The notes beneath the pieces were generated by a model. The model was given only the letters and a program-made list of their open reading frames with translations. It was not told where the DNA came from and searched no databases. A stretch of DNA of 64,000 bases, from positions 127,312 through 191,311 of the forward strand of contig JBOEGF010000011.1 of the NCBI GenBank assembly GCA_050633305.1, given 5' to 3'. The position numbers were made by a program, and so were the translations under genes. Source of the DNA: Nannocystales bacterium. GTDB lineage: Bacteria > Myxococcota_A > Polyangia > Nannocystales > Nannocystaceae. Numbering within the stretch: position 1 is the stretch's first letter; each line of letters opens with the position of its first letter. Of the stretch, positions 1-9,819 are shown one piece after another.

Positions 1-855
1 CAGATGCAGCAGCCACAGGTCGCACAACCTGCGCAGCGTCGCCCGTTCACGCGCAGGTCGGCCTGTCTTGGCCGGACCGACAGCCTCACTCCACGCTTGC
101 CACAACGGGCTCTTGTCCCCGCCGAAGATCGCGGCCGGTCCAGCTTGTGCGGCCCCGACGACTTGTCCGAGCAGGGCGAGCGCCGCGTCGAGTGTGGGGT
201 CGAGCGCGAGGCGAACGGCCAGCCCGGCGCTGCCGCCTGCCAAGCCGACCGCGAGCTCGATGCGCGCCGGAGTGGGGGGGTCCTCGCCTTGTTCCTGCAA
301 CCCCGAGACTTGGGCCGAAACGATCGCCGCGACATCGGCATCCTCGAGCCTGCCGAGACGGACGGTCAGGCAACGCGAGAGGATCGTGGGCAGCAGGACG
401 TCGAGGCCGGTGACGATCATGACGAAGTGCACGCCCGGCCGCGGCTCTTCGAGGGTCTTGAGCATCGCGTTGAAGCCCGCCTCGCCGATCGCGTCCGCGG
501 GATCGAACACGACGATGTGGTGATCCCCCTCGAACGGCGCCATCTCGAGGCGGTTGGCGAGCGCGCGAGCCTGTTCGATCTTCACGCGGCCGCCGGGCTC
601 ATCGGGTGCGAGCCACTCCACGCCCGCGTGGGTGCCCGCGGCGATCCTTCGGCACGCCGTGCACGCACCGCATCCGACTGCGGGCGCCTCCTTGCAGTGG
701 AGGGCAGCGGCAAGGCCCTTGGCGAGGGTGGCTTTGCCGACGCCTGCGGGCCCGACGAAGATCAGCCCGTGATGGAGCTGGTCGCGAGCAATGGCGCGGG
801 AGAGCCGGGCTTGGGCCTGCGCGTGCCCCCGCACACCGGGAAACTGGCTTGTCAT
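1..855 (-). CDS. holB: DNA polymerase III subunit delta' (3' end runs off the window)
   Basis: Manual translation from ATG at 855: MTSQFPGVRGHAQAQARLSRAIARDQLHHGLIFVGPAGVGKATLA...CGACTACRRI...NAMLKTLEEP...LLPTILSRC. Shows the P-loop, Zn-binding Cys cluster and the LKTLEEP and SRC clamp-loader motifs. Absent from the ORF track because no stop lies in the window. Confidence 0.92.
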   Translation of the reverse strand, partial: MTSQFPGVRGHAQAQARLSRAIARDQLHHGLIFVGPAGVGKATLAKGLAAALHCKEAPAVGCGACTACRRIAAGTHAGVEWLAPDEPGGRVKIEQARALANRLEMAPFEGDHHIVVFDPADAIGEAGFNAMLKTLEEPRPGVHFVMIVTGLDVLLPTILSRCLTVRLGRLEDADVAAIVSAQVSGLQEQGEDPPTPARIELAVGLAGGSAGLAVRLALDPTLDAALALLGQVVGAAQAGPAAIFGGDKSPLWQAWSEAVGPAKTGRPARERATLRRLCDLWLLHL

Positions 856-973
856 GGGAATCGGTGCGCGGAGAGTACGGTTGCTGAGTCGTGCAGCCAA
901 CCCTCGCGTACTGCCGTGAGGCTGCTACCATCCTCCCCGCGGGAACGCCGCCCCGAGAAAGACTCTGCGCCCG

Positions 974-1681
974 ATGAGCGACAACAAACCTGGCATCTTC
1001 AGCCGCATTCGCAACTCGATCTCGAGCAGTCTCAACGATGCTGTCGAGTCGGTGTCCGACCCTGGCACCGAGATCGCACTGATGCTCGATGATCTGGCGG
1101 CGCAGATTCAGACGTCCGAGCAGGACCTCAAGCAGGCGATGGTCGACCGCAAGGTGATGCAACGCAAAGCCCAAGAGGCGACGGCGGATGCGACCAAGTG
1201 GGAGAAGAAGGCCGAGCAAGCCCTGAAGCTCGGCGACGAGTCGCTGGCTCGCGAGGCGTTGCGCCGCAAGGCGGACTACGACCTCAAGGTCAAGGACCTC
1301 AGTTCGGGGGCGAACGAGCAGGCCGTGCTGGTCGACTCGATGACCCAGAACCTCAAGGAGGCGAAGGCGCGGCTGAAGTCGCTCAACCTGCGCCGCGGTT
1401 CGCTGATGGCCCAGGCTCGTGCCGCCAAGAAGGGCGTGTCCTCCGGGCAGATCGCCGATGGTGGAGGCCTGGACAAGCTCAGCGCCATCGAGGACCGGAT
1501 CGCCGAGCTCGAGGCCTTCAACGAGGTCTCTCAGGAACTCGGCGGGAATACGGCCGAAGAAGCCGCGATCGAAGCGAAGCTGGCCGACCTCGAGGGGGAC
1601 TCCGAGGTCGATGATGCCCTTGCCGCGCTCAAGGCGAAGATGAGCGGCGCGCAGAAGAGTCTGCCCAAGGCCGACGATTGA
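974..1681 (+). CDS. pspA: PspA/IM30 family protein (phage shock protein A-like)
   Basis: N-terminal amphipathic GIFSRIRNSISS, DP motif, WEKKAEQALKLGDESLAREAL, C-terminal VDDALAALKAKM; coiled-coil, 235 aa. Confidence 0.9.
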   Translation: MSDNKPGIFSRIRNSISSSLNDAVESVSDPGTEIALMLDDLAAQIQTSEQDLKQAMVDRKVMQRKAQEATADATKWEKKAEQALKLGDESLAREALRRKADYDLKVKDLSSGANEQAVLVDSMTQNLKEAKARLKSLNLRRGSLMAQARAAKKGVSSGQIADGGGLDKLSAIEDRIAELEAFNEVSQELGGNTAEEAAIEAKLADLEGDSEVDDALAALKAKMSGAQKSLPKADD

Positions 1682-3369
1682 CCCAGCATCTGGCCGGGCC
1701 GAGGGGCGGGCGACTCCGCGCTCACACGCCTCGCTCTCAGGCGTCCGGGTTCTTGGTGTTCATCGCCCTGGTGCTTGGCATCTCGTTCCCGTACTTCGAG
1801 AAGACTCGCAACGCCAACGAACTGCCGCGAATCCTGCAGGCGATGGCCCACGTCGACACCGACGTCTGGGCCATCGATGGGCCGGGCGGGCGGCGGATCC
1901 CACCGGGCCCGGACGTCTCCCGCTCGCATGTCGACGGACGCATCTATCCAAACAAGCCGCCGGGGACCACGATGGTGCTCACCGCCGCCTACCGGGTCGC
2001 ACGGCTCGTTCACGGCGATGAACTCACACTGCGTCTGTTGACGTGGTGGGCCCGGTTGCTCTCCGGTTGGCTGCCCACGGTTCTGTTGGCGTGGTTCCTC
2101 ATGAGGCGACTCGCGGGGCAGTTCTCGCGCGCTCCGGCGGTCGCTGCAGTGGCGGTCTACGCCCTCGCGACGCCTGCAGCTTCGTACGCCCACCTGGCCT
2201 ACGGACATCAGCTCGCCGCGGCACTGTTGTGCGTCGGGGTGGTGCTGTGCATCGATGCGGCCCGCGCGGGTCCGGCAATCTCCGTTCGAAGGCGGTGGCT
2301 CAGCGCGGTCGGAGGCGGGGCGCTTGCGGGTGCGGCCGTCACCGTCGAGTACGGGGCTGTCTTCGCAGGCATCCCCCTGGGCCTGTTCCTGCTTTGGAAC
2401 GGGCGGCAGCCGGGCAAGCTCCCGTTCACACTGGGCTCCTTGTTCGGCGCGTTGCTGCCGATCGCCTGGCTCGGCATCTACCACCGCACCGTCTATGGCG
2501 CGGTGCTCTCCACCGGCTACCACCACGTCACCAATCCCGACTTTGCCGAAAAACACGGCCAGGGGTTCCTCGGTCTCTCGTTCCCCACGGTCGAGGGCTT
2601 CACAACCCACGTGTTGGATCCCGGCGGCGGATTGCTGTGGTGGGCTCCGCTGTTCCCGCTGGCGATCTACGGATTGGCCAAAGCGTGCTCCCACCCTGAT
2701 GACCCCGTGCGCTCGTTCGCCCGGGTCGCGCTGGCCACGGTGGTGCTCTACCTCGTCATCGTCAGCGGCCTGAGCTTCACAGGCGGATGGCGAGTCGGGC
2801 CGCGCTACCTGGTGGCAGTGCTCCCGATGCTCGCGTGGGGATGGGCGGAGGCGCTCGGTCAGATCCGCAACCGGCCGCTGTGGATCGCTGCGGTGTTTTC
2901 CGTGCTCGTCTACGCGCTCATCGCCAACGCTCTCGCCGCGAACCTTTGGCCCCATCTGGACCTCACCAACGTTCATCATCCTCTCAGCGAGGTGTTGTTT
3001 CCCCTGTGGAACGAGAACGTCGAGCCGTACGGTTTGCTCCGCTCGGGCTTCAACCTCGATACCGCGCACGCGGTGATCGTGGTGTCGGTGGTCGGCGGTC
3101 TCCTCGCGGTCGGACGGGTGGTCGAACCCACGCCCAAGACGCTCGCGGGACTGGGCCTCGGGCTCTTCCTGGGGGTGGTGGCTGTCGCCTCTGTCACGCG
3201 GTGGGAACCCCATCCGAAGGCGCGGCGGAACCTTGCCTACATCCTGCGCAGCTGGGAACCTGAGGTCCAACCGCACCTTCGGCGGCCCGGAAAGGCACTC
3301 CCGCCGTTGGCGAGCGGGGTCGTCGATCGTGGGCCTCGGCACAAACCGCAGATGGTGCCGCCGCGGTGA
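1678..3369 (+). CDS. Polytopic membrane protein, probable GT-C fold glycosyltransferase (ArnT/PMT-like)
   Basis: About 12 hydrophobic segments; first loop NANELPR...YPNKPPG; late [11 protein letters not shown] motif typical of GT-C-like proteins. The TTG start overlaps the pspA stop and is uncertain. Confidence 0.6.
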   Translation: MTQHLAGPRGGRLRAHTPRSQASGFLVFIALVLGISFPYFEKTRNANELPRILQAMAHVDTDVWAIDGPGGRRIPPGPDVSRSHVDGRIYPNKPPGTTMVLTAAYRVARLVHGDELTLRLLTWWARLLSGWLPTVLLAWFLMRRLAGQFSRAPAVAAVAVYALATPAASYAHLAYGHQLAAALLCVGVVLCIDAARAGPAISVRRRWLSAVGGGALAGAAVTVEYGAVFAGIPLGLFLLWNGRQPGKLPFTLGSLFGALLPIAWLGIYHRTVYGAVLSTGYHHVTNPDFAEKHGQGFLGLSFPTVEGFTTHVLDPGGGLLWWAPLFPLAIYGLAKACSHPDDPVRSFARVALATVVLYLVIVSGLSFTGGWRVGPRYLVAVLPMLAWGWAEALGQIRNRPLWIAAVFSVLVYALIANALAANLWPHLDLTNVHHPLSEVLFPLWNENVEPYGLLRSGFNLDTAHAVIVVSVVGGLLAVGRVVEPTPKTLAGLGLGLFLGVVAVASVTRWEPHPKARRNLAYILRSWEPEVQPHLRRPGKALPPLASGVVDRGPRHKPQMVPPR

Positions 3370-3508
3370 CCTGGTTTGCGCCAGCGCCACCGAGCGAATC
3401 TTCTTCCGCGACCTGACGTCCAACCGTAAAGTGAGCTGTGGTCGCGCCTCGGCGATCGCGGCGCTGTCGCGCGAAACGCTTCCCCTCGACCGATCAGGCT
3501 GTCCATCG

Positions 3509-5725
3509 ATGATTCTCGAGTCTCTTCTTCTGCTTGGAATGTCCACCGTCTCCGTCGCTTCTGCAGCCCAGGGGGAGGATGTCGATGTTGCCTTCGACGA
3601 CGATGAATTCGACCTCGCCGCTGCCGACGCGCTGAGCTGTGTCGACGACTCGATGCTGATCGAGGCGGTCGACGAAGGGCCCGCAAAGAAGAAACCGTCG
3701 TCGGCCTCGGCCGCGCTCCGTGCCGCGCAGGCCAAGAAGCAGTCCACGAAAAAGGCCCTCGCGGCTAAGAAGGTCCGGCCGAGGAAAATCGCGGACGAGA
3801 AGCGGCGCAAGAAGGCGAAGAAGGACAAGAAACGGAAGAACGCGAAGCGTCGGAAGATCAGTCGGAAGATCCCGCCACGGGCATTCACCTCGAAGAACAA
3901 CCAGCGCAAGCTCGCGAGTCGAGAGAAGAAGGCTCCCAAGGCGGTCAAAGAGAAGATCGCGCTGCAGCGTGCGCTGATCAAAAAGAAGAAGAAGCACTAC
4001 CGCGTCGCCTACACCAAGGCCTTGGAGCTCTCGACTACGGAACTCACCGGGCTCAAGCCCCTGAAGAACGAGCGCGAGGTCAAGCGCAAGCAGAACAAGA
4101 AGGCCAAGGCGAAGATGGCGGCGCTCGGTGTCCGAGGGGCGCCGAACATGATGCAGCACATGGTCCGCTCGCAGGTGATCGTCGAGCCCGACGGCGCCCA
4201 GGGGAGCAAGAACACGGACCGGGTCGATGATCCGTTCGAGACACCGGTCGGAGATGCGTCGTGCTCTCCGTCGATGACGGCATGGAGCTGGAAAGAATAT
4301 GTCGAGGAGCCACGCTCGCAGGGGGCGTGTGGCAGCTGTTGGGCATTCGCCACACTCACCGTGTTCGAAGCGGCGGAACGCATCGTCAACAACATCGGCC
4401 TCGATTTCTCCGAGCAACACATCGTCGACTGCGCTCGTGCCAAGGGCTTCTCCGGGAGCGAGGTCGACGCAGGAACATGCATGGGCGGCTACATGCACAT
4501 GGTGTTCGACTACCTCGAAGAGAAGGGCGCCGCACTCGAGGATGAGGTTCCATATCAAGCCAAGGAGCTGACCTGCGACCCCGACAAGGCCACCAAGCAC
4601 AAGGTGGCGGCTTGGGGATTCGTCGACCAGTACTCGAAGGTTCCCAGCACCGCCAAGCTCAAGGAGTCGCTGTGCAAGTACGGCCCCTCTGCGGTCGCTG
4701 TTCACGTGAACGAGTCGTTCAAGATGTACGCCGGCGGGGTGTACGACGACAACGTCGATGCGCAGGTCAACCACGCGGTCGTCATCGTCGGCTGGGATGA
4801 CCTTCGCGGTGCGTGGCTGCTGCGCAACTCGTGGGGAACCTGGTGGGGCGAGGACGGCTACATGTGGATCAAATACGGCGCCAACAACGTCGGATCACAG
4901 GCGGTCTGGGCGACCGTCGAGCCCAACGAGACGGTCACCGCCAAGGTTCGCAAGCGTCGCAAGCTCAACCTCAAGAACAAGACCGGTGGTCCACTGAAGG
5001 TCTCGGTGCAGTACCGAAGCGGCGGGAAGTGGGCTCCAGCGTACGGTGCCAAGAAAACGTCCCTCACCTATACCGTCGCGGACGGTGCCGAGGCCCACGT
5101 CGGGGTGGATGGTGAGGAGATCCGGGCCGATCGCGTTCGAGTGTGGGCGAAGTCGACCGACGGAAAGACCACCTTCTCCGAGTTCAAGAAGAAGGACCTC
5201 AAGCTCGTCCCCGAGGGGAGCTACGAGGACAAGACGGTGCAGACGTTTGCCTACACGTTCAACGAGGACGATGCGGACGCGGCGGGCGGCAAGCCAAAGA
5301 CAAAGACCAAGGCCAAGCGTTCCAAGAACGAGCTGTTCTCCGACGGCTACGCAGCGATCGACGGGGGCAAGCACAAGCGAGGGCGCAACATGCTCTCGAA
5401 GTACCTCGAGCGCTACCCCGGGGACGACCGCGTCGCCGAGGTGATGTACTGGATCGGCTACAGCCACTACCAAGAAGGCTCGTTCTACGAGGCGCTCAGC
5501 GAGTGGTACGACGTCGTGGTCGACCACCCAGACCACGACTTTGTTGCCTACGCGCTGTACTACTCAGGGCTGGCGTACGTGGAGCGCGACGAGTGCGACC
5601 TGGCGCAGACCTGCTTCGACCTGGTGGCCCACGGGGGCTATCCCTCGGCGACCGAGGAGTGGATCTCGGCCGCGCAGAGCCAGATCGACGATCTGGCGAA
5701 GAACAGCAAGAAATACTGCGGCTAG
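3509..5725 (+). CDS. Secreted papain-family (C1A) cysteine peptidase with Lys-rich N-terminal arm and C-terminal TPR module
   Basis: Signal peptide from ATG 3509 ([20 protein letters not shown]). Catalytic motifs [43 protein letters not shown]-terminal YbgF/CpoB-like TPRs ([19 protein letters not shown]). Confidence 0.9.
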   Translation: MILESLLLLGMSTVSVASAAQGEDVDVAFDDDEFDLAAADALSCVDDSMLIEAVDEGPAKKKPSSASAALRAAQAKKQSTKKALAAKKVRPRKIADEKRRKKAKKDKKRKNAKRRKISRKIPPRAFTSKNNQRKLASREKKAPKAVKEKIALQRALIKKKKKHYRVAYTKALELSTTELTGLKPLKNEREVKRKQNKKAKAKMAALGVRGAPNMMQHMVRSQVIVEPDGAQGSKNTDRVDDPFETPVGDASCSPSMTAWSWKEYVEEPRSQGACGSCWAFATLTVFEAAERIVNNIGLDFSEQHIVDCARAKGFSGSEVDAGTCMGGYMHMVFDYLEEKGAALEDEVPYQAKELTCDPDKATKHKVAAWGFVDQYSKVPSTAKLKESLCKYGPSAVAVHVNESFKMYAGGVYDDNVDAQVNHAVVIVGWDDLRGAWLLRNSWGTWWGEDGYMWIKYGANNVGSQAVWATVEPNETVTAKVRKRRKLNLKNKTGGPLKVSVQYRSGGKWAPAYGAKKTSLTYTVADGAEAHVGVDGEEIRADRVRVWAKSTDGKTTFSEFKKKDLKLVPEGSYEDKTVQTFAYTFNEDDADAAGGKPKTKTKAKRSKNELFSDGYAAIDGGKHKRGRNMLSKYLERYPGDDRVAEVMYWIGYSHYQEGSFYEALSEWYDVVVDHPDHDFVAYALYYSGLAYVERDECDLAQTCFDLVAHGGYPSATEEWISAAQSQIDDLAKNSKKYCG

Positions 5726-6174
5726 CGGCGGCGGCTGGTCCAGGCCAGCGGTAGCAGCCACAACAAGCCCGCCCAAGAGGCTGTGCCGCCCGCGGTGCAG
5801 CCTCTCTTGTTTCCGGCGGACGCCGGGGGGTCGTCCCCAGCGCCTGCCTTGGGCGGCTCCCCTCCGGCGGTGGGCTCCGCCATCACCGTGGCAGAGGGGC
5901 CCTCGCCGGGCTTGCACGCCAAGCACGCGCCGCATGTGACCTCCGGTGGGCTGCCCTTGGAGTAGTCCTGTTCGCAGCACTCATCGGGCTGGCACGTACC
6001 GTCGATGTCCCGGTACGAGAGGCCGCCCGCATCTTTCATGGGCTCCTTGAGGACACACGCCTCTCCCTCGCTGGAGGTCTTGCAGGCCTCCACTGCCGGG
6101 TTCCCTTCCGACGCGGAGGCGAGGGCGGGGAGCAGGCAAGCGATCAGTGCGGCGGAGGGGAGGAGGCGTTGCAC
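5722..6174 (-). CDS. Small secreted Cys-rich protein with MYXO-CTERM sorting signal
   Basis: Signal peptide, 8 Cys in the central domain, C-terminal [28 protein letters not shown] (GC, hydrophobic stretch, Arg tail). Confidence 0.75.
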   Translation of the reverse strand: MQRLLPSAALIACLLPALASASEGNPAVEACKTSSEGEACVLKEPMKDAGGLSYRDIDGTCQPDECCEQDYSKGSPPEVTCGACLACKPGEGPSATVMAEPTAGGEPPKAGAGDDPPASAGNKRGCTAGGTASWAGLLWLLPLAWTSRRR

Positions 6175-6276
6175 AGCGGTACCTTCGCACGAGGCCGGCC
6201 CCCCATGAAAGCCGGAGCGGCCCGAACGCGCTGAGGGGACTCAAGGTTTTCGGGGCCGCGACGATGCCTCGGTGTC

Positions 6277-6690
6277 ATGAAACACTCCGCCCGGGTCCTC
6301 GCCTGCCGGTCGGCTCCCCTCGCCACCGCGTATTGTGCCCAGCTTCGCGAGGCTTTCACCGAGGTGGGCCAAGCGTTGCGCCATGGGGACGCGGTCTGGG
6401 CGCTCGAACGGTTCGAGACCGCGTTGGAGCCGATGCACAAGCTTCTCGTGTTCGCCGCGGTCGCGGCCGACATGTTGCGGGATGCCCAGCACCCGTTGCG
6501 TTCGGACCTGGTGAGCTTTTCGGACGGCATGGAGCGCGCGCTCGACCTCGTGGAAGCTGCGATGGTCTCGGGGGAGTTCGCCGGTGTGGTCTCCCTTCTA
6601 GAGACTCGGGTCGTTCCGATGCTCGACACCTGTACGAGCTTGGGACCTCGGTTGACGGTCGCACTGCAGCCGCGACTCATCGCGGTCTGA
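6277..6690 (+). CDS. Hypothetical all-helical protein
   Basis: 137-aa ATG ORF with protein-like composition, filling the gap between flanking genes. Confidence 0.6.
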   Translation: MKHSARVLACRSAPLATAYCAQLREAFTEVGQALRHGDAVWALERFETALEPMHKLLVFAAVAADMLRDAQHPLRSDLVSFSDGMERALDLVEAAMVSGEFAGVVSLLETRVVPMLDTCTSLGPRLTVALQPRLIAV

Positions 6691-6854
6691 GCCCATCTCA
6701 TGACCCGCCCCGGGACGATCCGAGTTTTGCGGGAACGAGCGAATCTCCGCGCTTTCGTACATGGCGCCTGATCCGGAGCTTCCTGCTCGGATGACGTACA
6801 TCCGCCACGATCGGGTCGATTGACCTGCTCGGGCTCCGCCCCCGCGCGGCCGCA

Positions 6855-7892
6855 TTGAACTACACTCGTAGGGTGAGCAGGGGGCTGGCCATCGCAGCTC
6901 TTGCGCTCCTGACGGGGTGCGCGAGGGACAACCCGCGCTACGGCGTCGCGGATGCCGGTTCGGGGTCGTCGTCGAACTCGGCGAGCAGTGGGACCGGGTC
7001 CACCACGCGGGGCGGTGCGAGTGCGGGAGGATCCTCGGGGGACGTCGATGGAACGACCGGACTGGGGAGTTCAGGGTCTTCGGGCTGGAGCACATCGACG
7101 ACGGGGTTGTCGAGTTCGAGCTCCGGGCTGGTCGAGCCCGCTTGTCCGTCCGACGTGGGGGCCAACGTGCTCGCGCACTACGGCTTCGAGGATCCTGGGA
7201 ACCTGTGGGTCGATGGCGTTGGGGGACACCACGGCGAATTGGTGTCCGGGGTCGCTCAATCGGTGGCGGGACCTCGGGGCTGCGGTGATGCGCTTGGCGT
7301 GGGGGTGGAGATGGCAGGTCGAGTCCCTGACGCGCCCGTCTTCGACTTGTCCGAAGGGTCCGTCGACTTTTGGATTCGCGCCACCGACACGGACGATACG
7401 GTGCCGATCCTGTCTCGTGACGCGCAGGGGGCAGCGAGCGAGCACCTGACGATCTTCTTATCGAGCGTCACCTCTTCGGGTGGAGACCCCAGCGGTCGGC
7501 ACGTGGTCGTCCGGCATCAGAGTGAGGAGACCGCGGCGGCTGTCTGTTCCGAGGACCCGCTGCCCGGTGGGGAATGGGTGCACGTCGCCTACAACTTCGG
7601 GCCTCCGCGCATGGAACTCTTCATCGACGGGGTCTTGCAAGAATCCGACGATGTGCCCTCCGTGCCGGGCGGGGGCATTCCTGCGTGCGATGGGCGAACC
7701 AACGATCCCGAGCTGATGGGGAACCCGCCGCCCTTTGTCGGGGGGCTGGAGTCCGAACTCCCGTGGTTCATCGCCGGAGCTGCGCAGAACCAGGGAAAGG
7801 CGAACCAGGCACCTTCGGCATTCATGGCCGGCGGCGCACTGGACGAGGTTCGCATCAGTGCGGTGCGCCGCGATTTTGGAGCCTTTCGCTAA
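6855..7892 (+). CDS. LamG-like (concanavalin A-like jellyroll) domain lipoprotein
   Basis: Lipobox LTGC, Ser/Gly/Thr linker, LamG motifs (LAHYGFE, GSVDFWIR, EWVHVAY, MELFIDGV, GALDEVRIS). Alternative start GTG 6873. Confidence 0.8.
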   Translation: MNYTRRVSRGLAIAALALLTGCARDNPRYGVADAGSGSSSNSASSGTGSTTRGGASAGGSSGDVDGTTGLGSSGSSGWSTSTTGLSSSSSGLVEPACPSDVGANVLAHYGFEDPGNLWVDGVGGHHGELVSGVAQSVAGPRGCGDALGVGVEMAGRVPDAPVFDLSEGSVDFWIRATDTDDTVPILSRDAQGAASEHLTIFLSSVTSSGGDPSGRHVVVRHQSEETAAAVCSEDPLPGGEWVHVAYNFGPPRMELFIDGVLQESDDVPSVPGGGIPACDGRTNDPELMGNPPPFVGGLESELPWFIAGAAQNQGKANQAPSAFMAGGALDEVRISAVRRDFGAFR

Positions 7893-8042
7893 GGCAGCGC
7901 AGCCTCGGCCAATTTGGCCACGGTCTCCGCGCCACGGACAGCGGCTGACGGCCGCGAGCGAGTGTGTCGCTGCACGTCGATGCGGACGGGCTCATCGTCG
8001 CCGAGGAGTTCAGGGCTCTGCATGGCGTGACCGCTCGATTCA

Positions 8043-8065
8043 AAGAGGTCACAAAATGGCCTCTT
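8043..8065. promoter_or_regulatory. Imperfect inverted repeat, candidate operator upstream of the SRPBCC gene
   Basis: AAGAGGTCA-CAAAA-TGGCCTCTT (8/9 dyad match), relatively AT-rich, about 20 bp before ATG 8087. Confidence 0.3.
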
Positions 8066-8086
8066 GGTGAATAGCTTGCTCGGACC

Positions 8087-8695
8087 ATGAAAAACACGAA
8101 CCACGGTCTCCGCGACATCTTGCTCCTCGTCACGATGCTGGCGGGCGGATGCTCCGGAGCGGCCTCGGACCGCACAGCGACCCGCAGCGTAGACAACGAA
8201 TCGCCGGAGGCACCCCGGCATCGAGTACCGAGCGATCTCGTCGAGGCTCCGCTTCGCAACGAGGTTCGCGCCACACTCGAAACCTCGATCCATGATGCGT
8301 GGCGGGTGCTCTCCGACCACGGGGCACTTCCGAGCTATGCCGCAGGCATTCAAGACGTCACCGTCGCCGACGGGTGTTCAGACGAAGACGGAGGCGGCAT
8401 GGGTTGTCAGCGAACCTGCCTGTTCAAGGAAGGGCCTCCCGTGACGGAGGAGGTCGTCTTCATCGAGGAGCCGTACGTCCTCGCCATGCGAGGTGTCGGC
8501 GAAAACTCCTATCAGCTCACGAACGATCTCACGCTGGTCACGCTCGCGGACCTCGGCAACGGGAAGACCGAGGTCCTATTCAGGATGTACTTTGACCATC
8601 CTGAACCATCGACGATGGCCGCGGCAACCGAGCAGGGTTTTCGTGGGATGGGGGACGGACTCGTGCGCCGCTTCGGAGGGCGTGTTCATCCATAG
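8087..8695 (+). CDS. SRPBCC (polyketide cyclase/START-like) family lipoprotein
   Basis: Lipobox AGGC; SIHDAWRVLSDHGALPSYAAGI...GCQRTCLF...VTEEVV; C-terminal long helix. Confidence 0.75.
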   Translation: MKNTNHGLRDILLLVTMLAGGCSGAASDRTATRSVDNESPEAPRHRVPSDLVEAPLRNEVRATLETSIHDAWRVLSDHGALPSYAAGIQDVTVADGCSDEDGGGMGCQRTCLFKEGPPVTEEVVFIEEPYVLAMRGVGENSYQLTNDLTLVTLADLGNGKTEVLFRMYFDHPEPSTMAAATEQGFRGMGDGLVRRFGGRVHP

Positions 8696-9184
8696 GTTCT
8701 GTCGTGACTGTCGTGTGTTGCCAGAGGCCGGACCTTGAAGCAGGACGACGCTTGTCGTCCCACAGGCCCGACGCGACCCGTCTCGGCGTCGGCGCAGTCC
8801 GAGCAACAGCGGCAGCGACCATGCGCACCGCGCGGCGTGGGGACGCTCGTCCCCCGCTTTGCACCCGAGATGCCGTGGATGGGGAGCGCCCGCGACATCT
8901 CGGGCGCAGCCGGAGCGACCGCGGGCGGCGGCGCAGCCACGCGATTCTTCGACGGCGTCGCCTGGCGCGGAGTCGCGGGGTTGGCCCCGTACGCGACCCC
9001 CCCAGCTCTTCGAGCAGCGCGCTCGCGCCCCTAAACATCGCCCAACAGCCGCAGCACGCAGCGGATATCTACGACCATGTCGCGCGAAGCGGCGTGAGCC
9101 GATCGTCCACCTGTAGGCGATGCGCCGCTTCGCGGGCGGGGTGCTCCACGTGAACCCGGATCGCGTTCACTTCGACCTCGAGCA

Positions 9185-9739
9185 CTACCCGACACGACGT
9201 CGGCGGAGGATGCCCACCGCGCGGTCGAACGTGAGGCCCAGCGAGATCCCCAGACCCAGGACGCCGAACAACAACGCCGGAGGTGCGTTGCCGTCGGGCA
9301 CCTCCTTGGACGCCTCGTCCACGCTGGGCGCACTCACCTGCACGTGCACCTCGAGGTCCGTGACGCCCACGGCCGCCCGCGAGAGTTGCGTCGCGGAATT
9401 CGTGAGGGGGTCGGGGGCGATGCCTGTTCGGGACCGAATCACGATCGCGGCGCTATGCGCTGCGCCGGCTTGATCGGTCGCGACCGTGACGCGCGCGCGC
9501 TCCACCCCGTGCAAGGTCTCGAGGGCCACGCGAATCTCTTCGGCGAGGGCGACCTCGTTGCGGGCCTTCTCGCCAGCACGTGTCGGCAGCAACGCTGCGT
9601 CGGCGTACAACGCCGCCTTGTCGGAGGCTCGTGGCGTGGGTTGTGGCCGTCGCGTGGGTTCGTCCCCGCAGCCGCCCGCGGCAAAGGCTGCCACCACGAC
9701 GAGCGCGGAGACCAGCGGGCTACGAGGGAGCAGACGCAC
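9185..9739 (-). CDS. Truncated SctJ/YscJ-FliF-like inner-membrane ring lipoprotein (second ring-building motif only)
   Basis: Lipobox AGGC. LYADAALLPTRAGEKARNEVALAEEIRVALETLHGVERARVTV...SAAIVIR matches the YscJ/EscJ C-terminal ring motif as recalled ([42 protein letters not shown]...SASVFIK). C-terminal TM helix plus RRRR. Start GTG 9739, or ATG 9802. Confidence 0.65.
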   Translation of the reverse strand: MRLLPRSPLVSALVVVAAFAAGGCGDEPTRRPQPTPRASDKAALYADAALLPTRAGEKARNEVALAEEIRVALETLHGVERARVTVATDQAGAAHSAAIVIRSRTGIAPDPLTNSATQLSRAAVGVTDLEVHVQVSAPSVDEASKEVPDGNAPPALLFGVLGLGISLGLTFDRAVGILRRRRVG

Positions 9740-9819
9740 GGGGGGAGCATCGGCTGAGTCGCTCGGCGCAGCCAAAAAAAGTGCAGCGGGTCGGGGTCTC
9801 ATGAGCGCTTCGATGCACG

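Noticed and set aside
4..1092. 362-aa plus-strand ORF
   Set aside because: Antisense shadow of holB, which has clear clamp-loader motifs on the minus strand.
1531..3981. Very long alternative ORFs (816 aa here; also 42552-44987, 40429-42546, 39570-41366, 12200-13738)
   Set aside because: Antisense or off-frame shadows of motif-supported genes, expected in high-GC DNA; Arg/Pro/Ala-rich and without recognisable motifs.
7960..8075. Short coding-looking fragment (VSLHVDADGLIVAEEF...) upstream of the SRPBCC gene
   Set aside because: Under 40 codons with an in-frame stop just upstream; too little to call a gene or pseudogene.
8580..9153. ORFs 8580-9038(-), 8704-9153(+), 8735-9034(+), 8686-8940(-)
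   Set aside because: No motifs and biased composition; none can be chosen over the others.
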